DNA of 53,199 nt, taken from IMG/VR virus record IMGVR_UViG_3300025668_000008, positions 1 through 53,199 of that record. One strand, written 5' to 3'. Made by a program: the position numbers and the translations under genes. The stretch is from a virus (lineage: Duplodnaviria > Caudoviricetes). This document shows positions 20,601 through 30,000 of this stretch, in pieces. The notes beneath the pieces were generated by a model. It had not been told where the DNA came from. It ran no database searches and saw nothing but the letters and a program-made list of their open reading frames with translations. Every line of letters starts with the position of its first letter. Position 1 is the first letter of the stretch.

Positions 20601-20867
20601 AATAACTCTAACACAAACTTTGATGTTTATGTTAAATTACTTACAGGTGATGAGGAAGATCCAAATAAAATTGAATGGGATCAAATTCCAAATCCATCAA
20701 CATATGCTAATAGAAAATCTGAAGTTGATTTTGCTGACTATGAATATGAAACTAGTTTGACAAACAATAATACTTTCACACAGTATTCACTTAAAATTAG
20801 AATGAGATCTAATAATTCCTGTGATATTCCAATTATTAAAGATTTAAGATGCATAGCACTAGCCTAA
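14610..20867 (+). CDS. VrlC-like / DUF4815 virion structural protein (2085 aa)
   Basis: NLN.PPYFEDF...KVLFRPG.PLQARELT.LQSILQ.Q, LARRTFDESGDY, RYTMKDIGKLE.RI, RLKNGFLVDNF, DPLAQSF and LFKSQNASTWT motifs; follows gp8 as in cyanomyoviruses. Confidence 0.85.
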   Translation: MPQSTNLNTPPYFEDFNSDDNFHKVLFRPGFPLQARELTSLQSILQDQIEKFGSSIYKDGAMVIPGQVGYDLKYNAILIEDEYFGIQSNTLVSNKNADGTPVVVGKTIRGNTSGVKAKIVNALSSDQSEKGKATLYIKYINAGNTPVDGVQYTTFQDDEILLTEETFSLGTTVIQENTDFAKCVTSQATFVGSSAKITAGIYFIKGNFVTVPGQEVILDQFGVTPSYRVGLQVLEEIITPEIDNSLNDPSQGYSNYSAPGAHRLKFRTILTKKALDDTTVINFIELLKLEEGKCQEIVSTSKAQIAATLEDTLARRTFDESGDYEVTPYEFSTQECLDNGRNNGVFEINQQTDNDVLASDDLFEIVASPGKSYVRGYEIETIANTYVDIEKPRTTEEQNNRTISTDGRGVRFNLEPNLKVSQPDLSSVLGDVNRTIYLKEDVSTVIGYASLINYVQNSSDNYISLSNIVITTASKKIKDVTILGVGAATGNDYNLTVQAGASKITGQFSPSFFEVYGDNDIKAITDLKVQDVLTHYTGTTTGNDISVDGEYYSTSAGDYTIRLSGENTETLALTINSVTAGTLTATVTGRSGSGNVAFTLIGPQKISEPNVTLSSLQKMRILKLENLSGSKYDVDAEILRLGLTRVRKVHAIYNTDTIEEAIPELTLESGSGTFEVGAIIEGVSSGAKARILRQNGTAVNFTYIGKIRFVVTEEIKSKETGLVRRINSIDNNGAINIKKRYKFRDGQSAQSFNWSYLKKRSSASKINGTLWVVLDWFKDEVPGKFYTVNSYYDADYKEIPYYPIRGERIYLSNLIDWRTNQSNILSNDGSYDSPFAINASDIAASTTLEDFENRNYNFNSYLTPSGTTDGDIEYYLGRIDDLYLDKNGKFINKQGIPSLVPEEPEESLANAMKVGQITMPAYVRNLNKVTFKRSTNRRYTMKDIGKLEDRIDNVEYYTQLSLLESDTANLFISDANGLNRLKNGFLVDNFTSHDIGDPLHPNYNCAIDSAFGELRPQHYTTNVSLVYKEEPTNYIKGDLLMLDYTDKLLVEQPYAAVSENVNPFAVVSWVGLMNIFPASDDWIDEKRLPETLTPVEGDFTATLMQMGADPNSGFAPVQWNAWRTQWSSTSSSSSTRRESRNQAPWVRNVTRTSSSTTTAQSRTGIRTRVTPRQDRRVLGDRVVDTTFSRWKRSRNFSATAYRLKPNVRVYAFMEGRNISTYTTPKIIEIQMRSSTAFDKNEDIALSGRRRGRKFRCKLGGPKGGIAKLNKPYSVDPYTGNPITINDYNTSSTFLNLNIASMQQLSGSNYGGYLIEGDIIIGLTSGATAKVTKKHFIADEKGNLRTSTFIPDPSGDGNPRWKTGDSVVRFTDSPTNSMIPGVVDSSAENTYSARGTILTKQQDTLLVRNADVTRDVVTDSRIISSSRTSTRAGGWFDPLAQSFLVEEQGGCFISKIDVYFRTKDSNLPVTMQIREMVNGYPSPTVLATENKDPSDVNLSDDAKTNTTFVFETPVYLAERKEYCFVLLTSSVEYNVWLSEMGKDDLNGERISKQPYAGVLFKSQNASTWTTAEYQDMKFKIFRCKFKTNETPTIDFVADNSGNLFYRELREDPIELTVNESGTSRGYLKVNHKNHGLHDESSFVELRGVSSGIQTSLAANWSGSTAQAISLTDTSGTDAVRTLFTAGSPEMIFDSGSSPTRNGILGATPSAVNPGYISIGGYVYSYDPNAVGTVTSGEFDIPLLSKITEDNVPSGGFKSNDEWEVELYVKNGIPLTLINKIHQNLKFITLDSYQLDFNSYRRNIDADNVTFGGDEVTASTNLQYTSFMPTIAFKELPGTSVVSNFKGTSGTSIGDGEYSLPTPNVKNWYRDSYKKDSNYKQVRINENNYVNRPKVIASLINEQRQMSNANSFDFRIKLSSESDNLSPVIDTDRVSLITTNNRIDNFDGSTRSAFFADNLSANYTIGESAEEDFNSAIYITKLVTLAQECTSLKVILSAFNNSNTNFDVYVKLLTGDEEDPNKIEWDQIPNPSTYANRKSEVDFADYEYETSLTNNNTFTQYSLKIRMRSNNSCDIPIIKDLRCIALA

Positions 20868-21088
20868 TTCCAGTAGAGGGTCATAACAATTTTGCTAGAG
20901 ACCCTAAAACTGGTGCAATTATTAATGTAAACCAAACAGAATTTGAAAAATATATTGCAATTAGAAATAAATTGCAAATTGATAGAGATAAATTAAATTC
21001 TACTAATGAAGAAGTGCGAAAATTAAAAGAAGATGTTCAAGAAATTAAAAACCTATTACTCAAACTAGTAAGTGGTATAAATACTTGA
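20849..21088 (+). CDS. small hypothetical protein with C-terminal coiled coil
   Basis: VEGH....RDPKTGAIIN motif plus heptads; overlaps the stop of the VrlC-like gene; resembles the small gene usually found at this position. Confidence 0.75.
   Translation: MHSTSLIPVEGHNNFARDPKTGAIINVNQTEFEKYIAIRNKLQIDRDKLNSTNEEVRKLKEDVQEIKNLLLKLVSGINT
21076..21083 (+). promoter_or_regulatory. T4-type late promoter TATAAATA
   Basis: Exact consensus ~23 nt before the ATG at 21107, with an AGGA RBS in between. Confidence 0.85.
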
Positions 21089-21106
21089 TGAAGTAGGAAC
21101 ACAGTA

Positions 21107-21445
21107 ATGTTATCTGCGGTAACTAACCTAATTGTATATCAAGGCGCTGATTTTCAAACCACATTTTTTGTGTCGAATGATAATGGGTCAAGTTTTGACT
21201 TGACTGGATATACTGGGGCATCTTTAATTAAGAAGCATTATGAAAGTTCAACATCAACTGCAATTGTAGTTGAAATAACCCCTCCTGCAACTGTAGGAGC
21301 AGTAACACTTTCATTATCAAATGCAGTAACTGCGGCGATGCATCCTGGCAAATATGTATATGACGTGGTTTTAACTTCTGGTGTAGGTGTCAAATCTCGC
21401 GTCTTAGAAGGTGTATTAACAGTAGTAGAAGGAGTAACTATCTAA
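21107..21445 (+). CDS. small beta-sandwich virion adaptor protein (BppU N-terminal-like)
   Basis: NL..YQGADF...DLTGYTG...G.YVYDV...RVLEG pattern; 112 aa. Confidence 0.65.
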   Translation: MLSAVTNLIVYQGADFQTTFFVSNDNGSSFDLTGYTGASLIKKHYESSTSTAIVVEITPPATVGAVTLSLSNAVTAAMHPGKYVYDVVLTSGVGVKSRVLEGVLTVVEGVTI

Positions 21446-21655
21446 ATGGCTAGAGTAAGATTCGGAGAACAAAGTTTTCCGCAAGTTTCTAGAGTTGCTG
21501 TTGGAGGTGCTGCGACAATTCAAAATCTCGCAGATGTTGACACCAATACTGTGGGACTAGGTGAAGGATATGTTATGGTATATAATGCAGCAACAGAAAA
21601 GTTTCAAACAACAAATATATTAAATAACGTAACAGTAAACGGAGGATCATTCTGA
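21446..21655 (+). CDS. small structural/fibre-connector protein (69 aa)
   Basis: L.DVD....G.VMVYNA...KF fibre-type motif, C-terminal NGGSF, GGAG RBS, abuts both neighbouring genes. Confidence 0.7.
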   Translation: MARVRFGEQSFPQVSRVAVGGAATIQNLADVDTNTVGLGEGYVMVYNAATEKFQTTNILNNVTVNGGSF

Positions 21656-23877
21656 TGGCATCAACCATCCTAATTAAAAGAAGTACAGGTACAGTTGTAC
21701 CTGCTTCACTAGAATTTGGCGAACTTGCCCTTACGGTTGGTGCTGGTACACAAGTCAACCGTGGCGATAGAGTTTTCGTCGGAGACAATAACACAGCAGT
21801 TCAAATCATCGGTGGTAAGTATTTCACCGATATGCTAGATCACGTACATGGTACGTTGACTGCAGATTCAGGAATTATTGTAGATAATAATTCTAAAATT
21901 GATCGCTTCAGAGTAGACGATATTAATCTTGATGCAAACGTCATTGAAACTGACACGACAGATACTGATCTGATCTTCAGGGCAAATGGTACGGGCAAAC
22001 TTGTCATAGAGGATAGTCAGGAACTTGAATTTGGTACTACTGGAGATATTGAGTTTAAATTTGATGAAGTAGCAAACGTTCTTCGCTTAGATCGTGTTGG
22101 CGCAAACGTACCTGAGTTTCGTTTAGACGATGACCTTAAACTTCAGTTTGGTACTGATGGTGATGGTAGTATTCGTTATGATGAAACTATTCTAGATTCT
22201 ATTAGAGTAGAAGGTGCAAATTGGCAATACGATAATGGTGTTGCCGTTAAGTTTGCAGACACTACCGTATCCTCTGGCGTATCAACTGGTGCTGTAGTCA
22301 TTGACGGCGGTCTAGGGGTTGGTGGTACTGCATGGATCGACAACTTAAAGGTTGATGATGATGTAACTTTAGGTACTGCTAACACAGATATCTTAACTGT
22401 TAATTCCGAAACAACTTTTAATGCTGGGGTTACTTTTAATGGAACCCAAACAATTACTGGTATTATTAACCAGACAGGTCAATTAAATCTGGATAACCTT
22501 CGTTTGGATGGTAATACCATTTCAACTAATGCTGGAAGTCAAATTATTCTTGACCCAGATCCTAGAAATGGAGATGCTGCTGGTGATCTTGTAATTCGTG
22601 GAAACCTTCAAGTTGCAGGTACAACCACGACAGTAAACTCGACCCAGATGACGGTCAATGATCCTGTATTTAATCTTGGAGATGATGTAAGTGAAAAAAC
22701 TCTTAAGAGTGAGGCACTTGCAGGTTCAACTTCTCTTTCTATTGATAATCCATCTGGTCTGGTAATTGGATCTACTGTTTCTGGTACTGGTATTGGTGTT
22801 GGTGGTAGAACTATTAATTCTATTTCCGTAACATTTAGCACTGCTTCTGGATTTACTTCTGCACCTGCAGTTGGAACTGCAATCTTTACTTATGATGGTG
22901 CCAATTATGAGCGTATTGGTACGTTTATTTCACAATCTGGAACAACTGTTGCAGTTCAATTGGATGCAAATGTATCATTAAGAGAATCTCAGTACTACAT
23001 TGATTATCAACTTACTGATGGTAATTCTGGAAGTCCTCAATCTGTAGAGATTGATCCTGCACCTTCAACAACCACGGTATTTATTAATACTCTTATTCTT
23101 TTAAATACCGGCATTTCTTTAACTATTGCAGAAGGAGATGCTGTAACCATTACTCAAGGTAGTGATGATGGTATGGATCGTGGTATTTCATATACCTTCG
23201 TTGATGGTTCTACAACTAAGATTGGTTTCTTTGGTTATGATAGAACTGGTTCTTCTGGTGGTACTGGAGCATTTACATTTATTGAGGATGCAACTAATAC
23301 CAATAACGTCTTTACTCACTCAGTAGGTGCTATTGGTGGCATTAGTATTGAGAAAGGAGATCTTGACTATAATAGCGGAACTACTCTACCTTCTGAAGCA
23401 AGCAATACATACACTGCTGTTGCTGCTAGTGGGGGTAGTGGTTCTGGTGCTACTATTACTTTAACTAGAGATGCTAATGGTGATCCAGATACAGTTTCAT
23501 TAGTATCTGCTGGTAATTATTATCAAGAAGGTGATTTACTTACCATTTCTGGTGCTAATATTGGTGGCAACACTCCTGCAGATAACGTAGAAGTACGTGT
23601 AACTTCGGTATCTGTTACTAGAGGTACAGTTGTTATTGGCGATCTTGAATTAGACGTTGATCTTGCTACTAAATATGGTGGTACTGGAAGATCTGAATTC
23701 AATAGCAAAGGTATCCTTTACGGAAACGGTGCTGGTGAATTGTTAGAAACCGCTGCTGCAAATATGGCAAATCCAGGAGTTGGTCCTGATATTGCCACTT
23801 CATTCCAGATCCTGACAGTTACTGCTGCTGGGGTCCCCGTCTGGACTGATACGATTGATGGGGGTACATTTACTTAA
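21655..23877 (+). CDS. tail-fibre-like protein (740 aa)
   Basis: N-terminal I.IKRS...P..L..GELA module, TGAVVIDGGLGVGG and GNLQVAGTTTTVNST trimeric fibre motifs, C-terminal IDGGTF. Confidence 0.8.
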   Translation: MASTILIKRSTGTVVPASLEFGELALTVGAGTQVNRGDRVFVGDNNTAVQIIGGKYFTDMLDHVHGTLTADSGIIVDNNSKIDRFRVDDINLDANVIETDTTDTDLIFRANGTGKLVIEDSQELEFGTTGDIEFKFDEVANVLRLDRVGANVPEFRLDDDLKLQFGTDGDGSIRYDETILDSIRVEGANWQYDNGVAVKFADTTVSSGVSTGAVVIDGGLGVGGTAWIDNLKVDDDVTLGTANTDILTVNSETTFNAGVTFNGTQTITGIINQTGQLNLDNLRLDGNTISTNAGSQIILDPDPRNGDAAGDLVIRGNLQVAGTTTTVNSTQMTVNDPVFNLGDDVSEKTLKSEALAGSTSLSIDNPSGLVIGSTVSGTGIGVGGRTINSISVTFSTASGFTSAPAVGTAIFTYDGANYERIGTFISQSGTTVAVQLDANVSLRESQYYIDYQLTDGNSGSPQSVEIDPAPSTTTVFINTLILLNTGISLTIAEGDAVTITQGSDDGMDRGISYTFVDGSTTKIGFFGYDRTGSSGGTGAFTFIEDATNTNNVFTHSVGAIGGISIEKGDLDYNSGTTLPSEASNTYTAVAASGGSGSGATITLTRDANGDPDTVSLVSAGNYYQEGDLLTISGANIGGNTPADNVEVRVTSVSVTRGTVVIGDLELDVDLATKYGGTGRSEFNSKGILYGNGAGELLETAAANMANPGVGPDIATSFQILTVTAAGVPVWTDTIDGGTFT

Positions 23878-23886
23878 ATTTAAACT

Positions 23887-24075
23887 ATGAATAATGAAAT
23901 AGATATTAATATCTTAGTTGCTACTCTTCAAAAGAAGATCACTGACTTGACACTTACTAATGTTGTGTTAGAAGCAAAAATACAGGATTTATCAAAACGG
24001 TTAAATAGTATTATAGAAACAGAGAATGCTATAAATGGCAAGCAGAATCAAACTCAAGAGTTCGACAACTCCTAA
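23887..24075 (+). CDS. small coiled-coil protein, possible fibre assembly chaperone
   Basis: 62 aa with heptads (LQKKITDLTLTNVVLEAKIQDL) between two fibre genes; overlaps the next start by 41 nt. Function is inferred. Confidence 0.65.
   Translation: MNNEIDINILVATLQKKITDLTLTNVVLEAKIQDLSKRLNSIIETENAINGKQNQTQEFDNS
24000..24007 (+). promoter_or_regulatory. late promoter variant GTTAAATA
   Basis: TAAATA core ~27 nt upstream of the ATG at 24035, inside the preceding small ORF. Confidence 0.5.
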
Positions 24076-27000
24076 TTCAGTACCATTAGTAAGTGATCTC
24101 TCAGATAGAGAGGTTGCTGTTAATATTAATGATAGATCACTGTTTATCAATGACAGTGGAACTATCAAAGAAGTTCTGAATGCCGATCCAAATGATGAAA
24201 CCATCGTTCCATCTATGTTTTCAAGTGCCATCACTGATGGTGTTGGAAACACATGGTTTGTTACAGAAAATGGAACAGACAAAGCAACGATTGGTTCTGT
24301 AAATCCACGTCATGGGGATACCACAGGTAGTAATGCCTGGGGTAAAACCACAATGACGGCGTTTGCTTCACTTAGATATGTTCTTGATAATTATGCTCAA
24401 GCGGGTGATACTATTGTAGTTGAGGGTGGTACATATACTGAAACCTTCCCATTAACCGTCCCAGTTGATGTTTCTATTAAGGGACGTGGAATTAAATCTG
24501 TTTTTATTCAACCATCTGTTGCCACTCAAGACCTAGATGCTTTTCGTATTCTTGGTAATGCTAATATTGAAGATCTTACTGTTAAGAATTTTTATTATAA
24601 CAGTACTAATGATACTGGATATGGATTTAGATGTGCATCAAACTTTTCTATTACTGAACGAAGACCTTATGTTCAAAGAGTAAGTGTACTTACAAAAGGT
24701 TCGGTAACCAGTGCAAATGACCCTAGAGGTTATGATCAAGGGGATGCAGGTAGAGGTGCATTAGTAGATGGTTCTGTAGCAAATGCATCGACAGTAGAAG
24801 CATCAATTTTGTTCAATGAGTGTACATTTGTTGTACCAAATTCAATTGGTTTATACCTTAAAAATGGTGCTCGTTGTGAATGGTTAAATTCATTTACATA
24901 TTATGCACAAATTGGTATTTTTGGAGAAAATCCATCAGGAGGAACAGGTCTTGCTGGAACTGCAAGAACTCGACTAAATCTACAGGGAGACACAGGTAAT
25001 TTTACTGCTGGATCTGTAAACCAAATTGGTTTGATTGAAGCAGGTACATCACAGGTCACTGGTGCATACACAACTAGTGGTGCTGATGATAACTTGACAA
25101 TGACCCTTACTTCCTCCAGTCATGGACTGTCACAAGGGGATCTTGTCTACATTAATACTACTTCTGGTGGTCAAACAGGACTAACACAATTCCGCAAAAT
25201 TGTATCTGCTACCACTAATAGTTTTGTAATTGATGGTATTTTTGCTGGTCTTGCAAGTGCTGGTAATGTAAACTATTTAAAGACCAGTGGTTATGGAATC
25301 ATTGACGAGAATGATGGTACTTATATCTATTTGGATGGACAAGGTGAAGGTCGTATTATTGCGACTGATGAAACTACAGGAAAAAATGTCAATGCTATTG
25401 ATAATGTAGTTACTAGCACTTCTCAAGTAAAACTTGGAACATCTTCAGCATCATTTGATGGCACTGATGATAGATTAACTGTTCCTACAGATGCAGATTT
25501 TAATTTTAGTACTGGTGAGTATACTTTAGAGGCATTTGTTTACCTCAACAATACTTCTGGTTCTAAAACTATTTTTGATTTTAGATCAAATTCTCCAACT
25601 GAAATTTCACCAGTTGTTAATATTGATGGTTCTGATATTAGATATTATGTTAATGGTGTAGCAGAAATTACAGGTGCTGCTGCATTAACTGCAACAACAT
25701 GGCATCATATTGCAATTTCAAGAACTGCAGGTGTATCTAAACTGTTTGTTGATGGTGCTCAAGTCGGTTCTAGTTATACTGATGGTAATGACTTCCCGAC
25801 TAGGGGTATTACTATTGGCGCAGCATTTGATGGAAATTCTGAAATCAATGGATTTATTGATGAGGTAAGAGTATCAAAAGGTACTTCAAGATACAATGCA
25901 GGATTTACTCCTACTACAGTACAATTCTTAGCAGATGAGTTCACCTCATTACTCCTTCACATGGAAGGTGCTAATGGTGCTTCTGTATTTGCTGATGACA
26001 GTATAGTTGCACAAGATGTTAGAACAACTGCTGGCGGTACTGCAACATTTATAACTCTTGCTGATTATACCAAGTTTGGTGCAGAACTTCGTTCTATCTC
26101 ATCTGCTAACGTTTATGGTCTGAAGGGTGTTTCGGCAGATGGTCAAGGCGTAAGTATGCGTCTTATTAGTCATAATTTTGGATATATTGGAGTTGGTAAG
26201 GATGATAATAATGATACAAGTTTAGTTGTACAATCAAATGAAGTCATTGAACAAAATAATGGTCGTGTGTTCTTTACTTCGACTGACCAAAGTGGTGACT
26301 TCCGTGTAGGTGATCTATTCTTAGTTGACCAAGAGAAAGGTACTCTTTCGTTTGCAGGCGGCGGAGCAGGCGCTGGAGCAGGCGCTGGAACTAGTTTTGA
26401 CCAATTGCTCGTATCTGCTGGTGCAGACACCACCACGGTCCTTCCAACGTCCATTGAGGTCGGTGCATTTACTTTCTTCGGTAACACAATCTCTACAACT
26501 TCAGGTAATATTAACCTGACTCCATTTACTGGAGAAGAAATTAACTTTAATCAAAGAGTTAATTTAGAAACTTTTGTTTCTGGAAGTTCACGTCTTTCAT
26601 TAGCATTTGATGGCGATCAAGATACTGGTATTAGAAAGGCAGTTGATCTTGGAGATGGTTTCTTCGATTTAGTATCTAATGGTGGATCAGTAGTTAGAGT
26701 TGCTCCAGGAGAATTTAGATCTCTCACTGATATTAATATTTCATCTTCTATCCCAGAAACTGTTTCTGTAGGTTCTCCAGGTACTGGTTATCTTGTAGGC
26801 ACATATACAGATATTCCTGTATCGGGTGGAACTGGAACTGGTCTTAAAGTTGATGTTACAGTTTTAGCATTTGCAGGAACAATAACAAATGAAGGATCTG
26901 GATATGTACCTGGTGTATACGATAATCTATCCTTTACTAATATTCAAGGGCAAAATAACCAAACTGGAACTGGAACTGGCGGTACGGGTACAGTAACAGT

Positions 27001-30000
27001 TAAAGGTATTGATGACGGTACAATTGTTGCTGGTAGTGGTTATACAGATAATTCTTATTCTGATGTACCTTTAAATGGTGGTAATGGTAGTGGTGCATTA
27101 GCAACCATTACTGTTGAAGGTAATGGTGTTTCTGAAATTTCTATTACAAATAATGGAGACAATTCATACCAATCTGGTGATACATTAACCATCAATACAT
27201 CAGATCTCACGTATGTTGATGAAGAGGGTGCTACTCAAACAAGTGGTGGTTCTGGATTTTCATATACAGTTCCTTCGGATTTATATACAGTAACTAATGT
27301 TGTCCCATCTGCTACTTGGAGTGGTACTGGGTATGACATTGCAGATGCAGTTACTGCAACAGTTCCAGGTGGTGGTAGTGGATTTGAATTTGAATTTAAC
27401 AATATTCAATTCCTTTCTTCGGCAAGTATTGTAAACGAAGATTCTGAAACTGAAGAACCGGTAGCTGGCGAAGGTTATGTTGACGGAGAACAATTATCAC
27501 CTGGATTTGAACTTCTTTCCAATGATACTCTTTCTGGTATTGGTAATACTGTAACTTACAGTGTACAAGTAAGACCTAAATCTGGGGGAGGGGGAAATGC
27601 ATTCTGGATTGATCTTGGTTCTGGTTATGTTGAAGCACCTGCATTAGATTTAAATAAAAATACTCTTTATAAATTTGTATTTGCACCAGACGGAACTTAT
27701 ACTGGTACATTTACAGAACATCCATTTGCAGTATCAGAAACTTTAGATGGAACACTATCAGGAGGTACACAATACACAACTCTTGCTGGTGATTTAAATG
27801 GTGGGAATGGTGCTTATATTATTATAACCGCAACTACACCTGCATTATATTACTACTGTGCCCAGCACCAGGGTATGGGAAATACTTTAGTATCTACAGA
27901 TACTGAGTATGGACAAAATGGCACCATTGCAATTGGTAGTTCAACGTTAGAGAATTTTATCTCTTTAAGTAAAACAGGTGCTATTGGTGCAGAGAGTGCT
28001 ATTTTTGAAGATTTTGTTACCATTAATGGTAACTTAAGTGCAACTGCAGGAACAGTAAACCTTGGAGCAACAACAGCACAAAGTTTAACTGTTAGTGGCG
28101 TATTAAGTACTACTGGGGGTATTTCTACTTCTGGTAATTTAACTATCCAAGGCGATCTTGGTACAAGTGGTAGATTGACCGTTGCTGGATCACCAAATGA
28201 TCCAACCACAATCAATGGTAGTGTTGCATTTGACACTGACCTTATACAGGTAGATTCTACTAATAATAAAATTAGCGTATTTGGACCAACTGATCCAAAT
28301 ACTATTGAAGATTACACTGTAGAAATTAATAGCACTGCTAAAGTTTATAACCACACTTTCTTAGCAACAGATGCTGGATCTATTGTAAGTATTGGTAATG
28401 ATCCTGGACCTACAAATATTGCATCTACATTTGATGAGAAATTTACCGTAGTTGGTGATAGTAAATTTGATGGTAGAATTCTTGTTTCTGATGGTACAGA
28501 AATTGCACCATCAATTACTTTTGATACTGATGAAAAACTTGGTTTATTTAAAAGTGCAAACAATGAAATTACTACGGTAGGATATAATGGTCCTATCATG
28601 AAGACAACTACTCAACAGATTAGTTTCTTCAAACCTGTTGATCTTATCAACAAAGCAATTGATCAATTCACAGTTACGCCAGGAAGAGGGTACGTAATTG
28701 GTACTACTAATAACGTTATTTTCACTGGAGGAACTGGTGCTGATTTTACTGCAAATATAACAGTTGCATTTACGGGCAGTATTACTCAACCTGGATCTGG
28801 ATACTACAACGAAACATTCCTTGATATTCCTGTACAATATATTAGCGTTGCTTCTGGAGCAATTACAGTATTTGGAACATTAACGCCTGGTAGTGGATAT
28901 GTAGATGGAACTTACTCAAATGTCTCACTTACAGGTGGTACAGGAACGCTTGCAACGGGTGATTTTACAATTTCTGGTGGAAGTGTAACCTCGATAGTCA
29001 TTAACGCCAGAGGTTCTGCATATAGTATATCTGATAATTTAGGTGTTGACACTGCAAATATTGGTGGATCAAAACTTTCTGGATCTCTTACTGTCAGTCA
29101 AGCAGGATCTGGATATGATGATGGCAATTATACCAGTATTGCATTGGTTAATGCTACCGGAACAGGATCTGGTGCTACTGCAGACCTAACAGTTTCTAGT
29201 GGATCAATTACTGCAGCAACTGTAAATGTAGGTGGAGGTGGATACACTGCATCAGATACATTTACCGTTGCAGGATCAGATCTTTATGCCAATGGTACAT
29301 ATTCATTTACAGTTACTAATAATGGATCTAGTAATTATGTAATTAGTGGAACTGATAGATCTACTACACATTCATCTGCATCTAACCCATCACTTAATGT
29401 TGATTTTGGTGATACTTTATCATTCACTGTTAATAATACAGGACATCCATTCTATCTTGTTACACAATTAGATCCATCTACTAATGGATATTCCGCAGAA
29501 TATGAACTTCCTGCTACTAATAATGGTGCCGAAGTAGGAACAGTTACTTTTGATACTACATTAACAGTCCCAAGTACAATTTATTATGTCTGTGGAAACC
29601 ATCCAGCAATGGTTGGAACTATTAATATTAATTCAGTAGCGTATGGTAGTGGTGGATCTCTTTCGGCAGCAACAGTATCTACAGGATCTGGATTTGCAAT
29701 TCGTGTAAACAACATTGGATCTAGTGGATCAGGATCTGGTGCTTCAGCAAGAATCAAAACTGAAGGTGGAGTTGTAACTGAATTTAATATTACTACTCCA
29801 GGTTCTGGATACCAAATTGGTGACGTATTGTCAGTCGCCTATAGTAATATGCAATATGCTGATGATACTGGCACTTTAGTAACAATTGACCCACCAACTA
29901 CTACTCTAGAATATACGGTACAAAGATTAAATTCAGTATCATTTATTGACATTGTAAATCTTGGCGCTGGTTACTCAGTACTAGATGTTCTTGATCTTCC

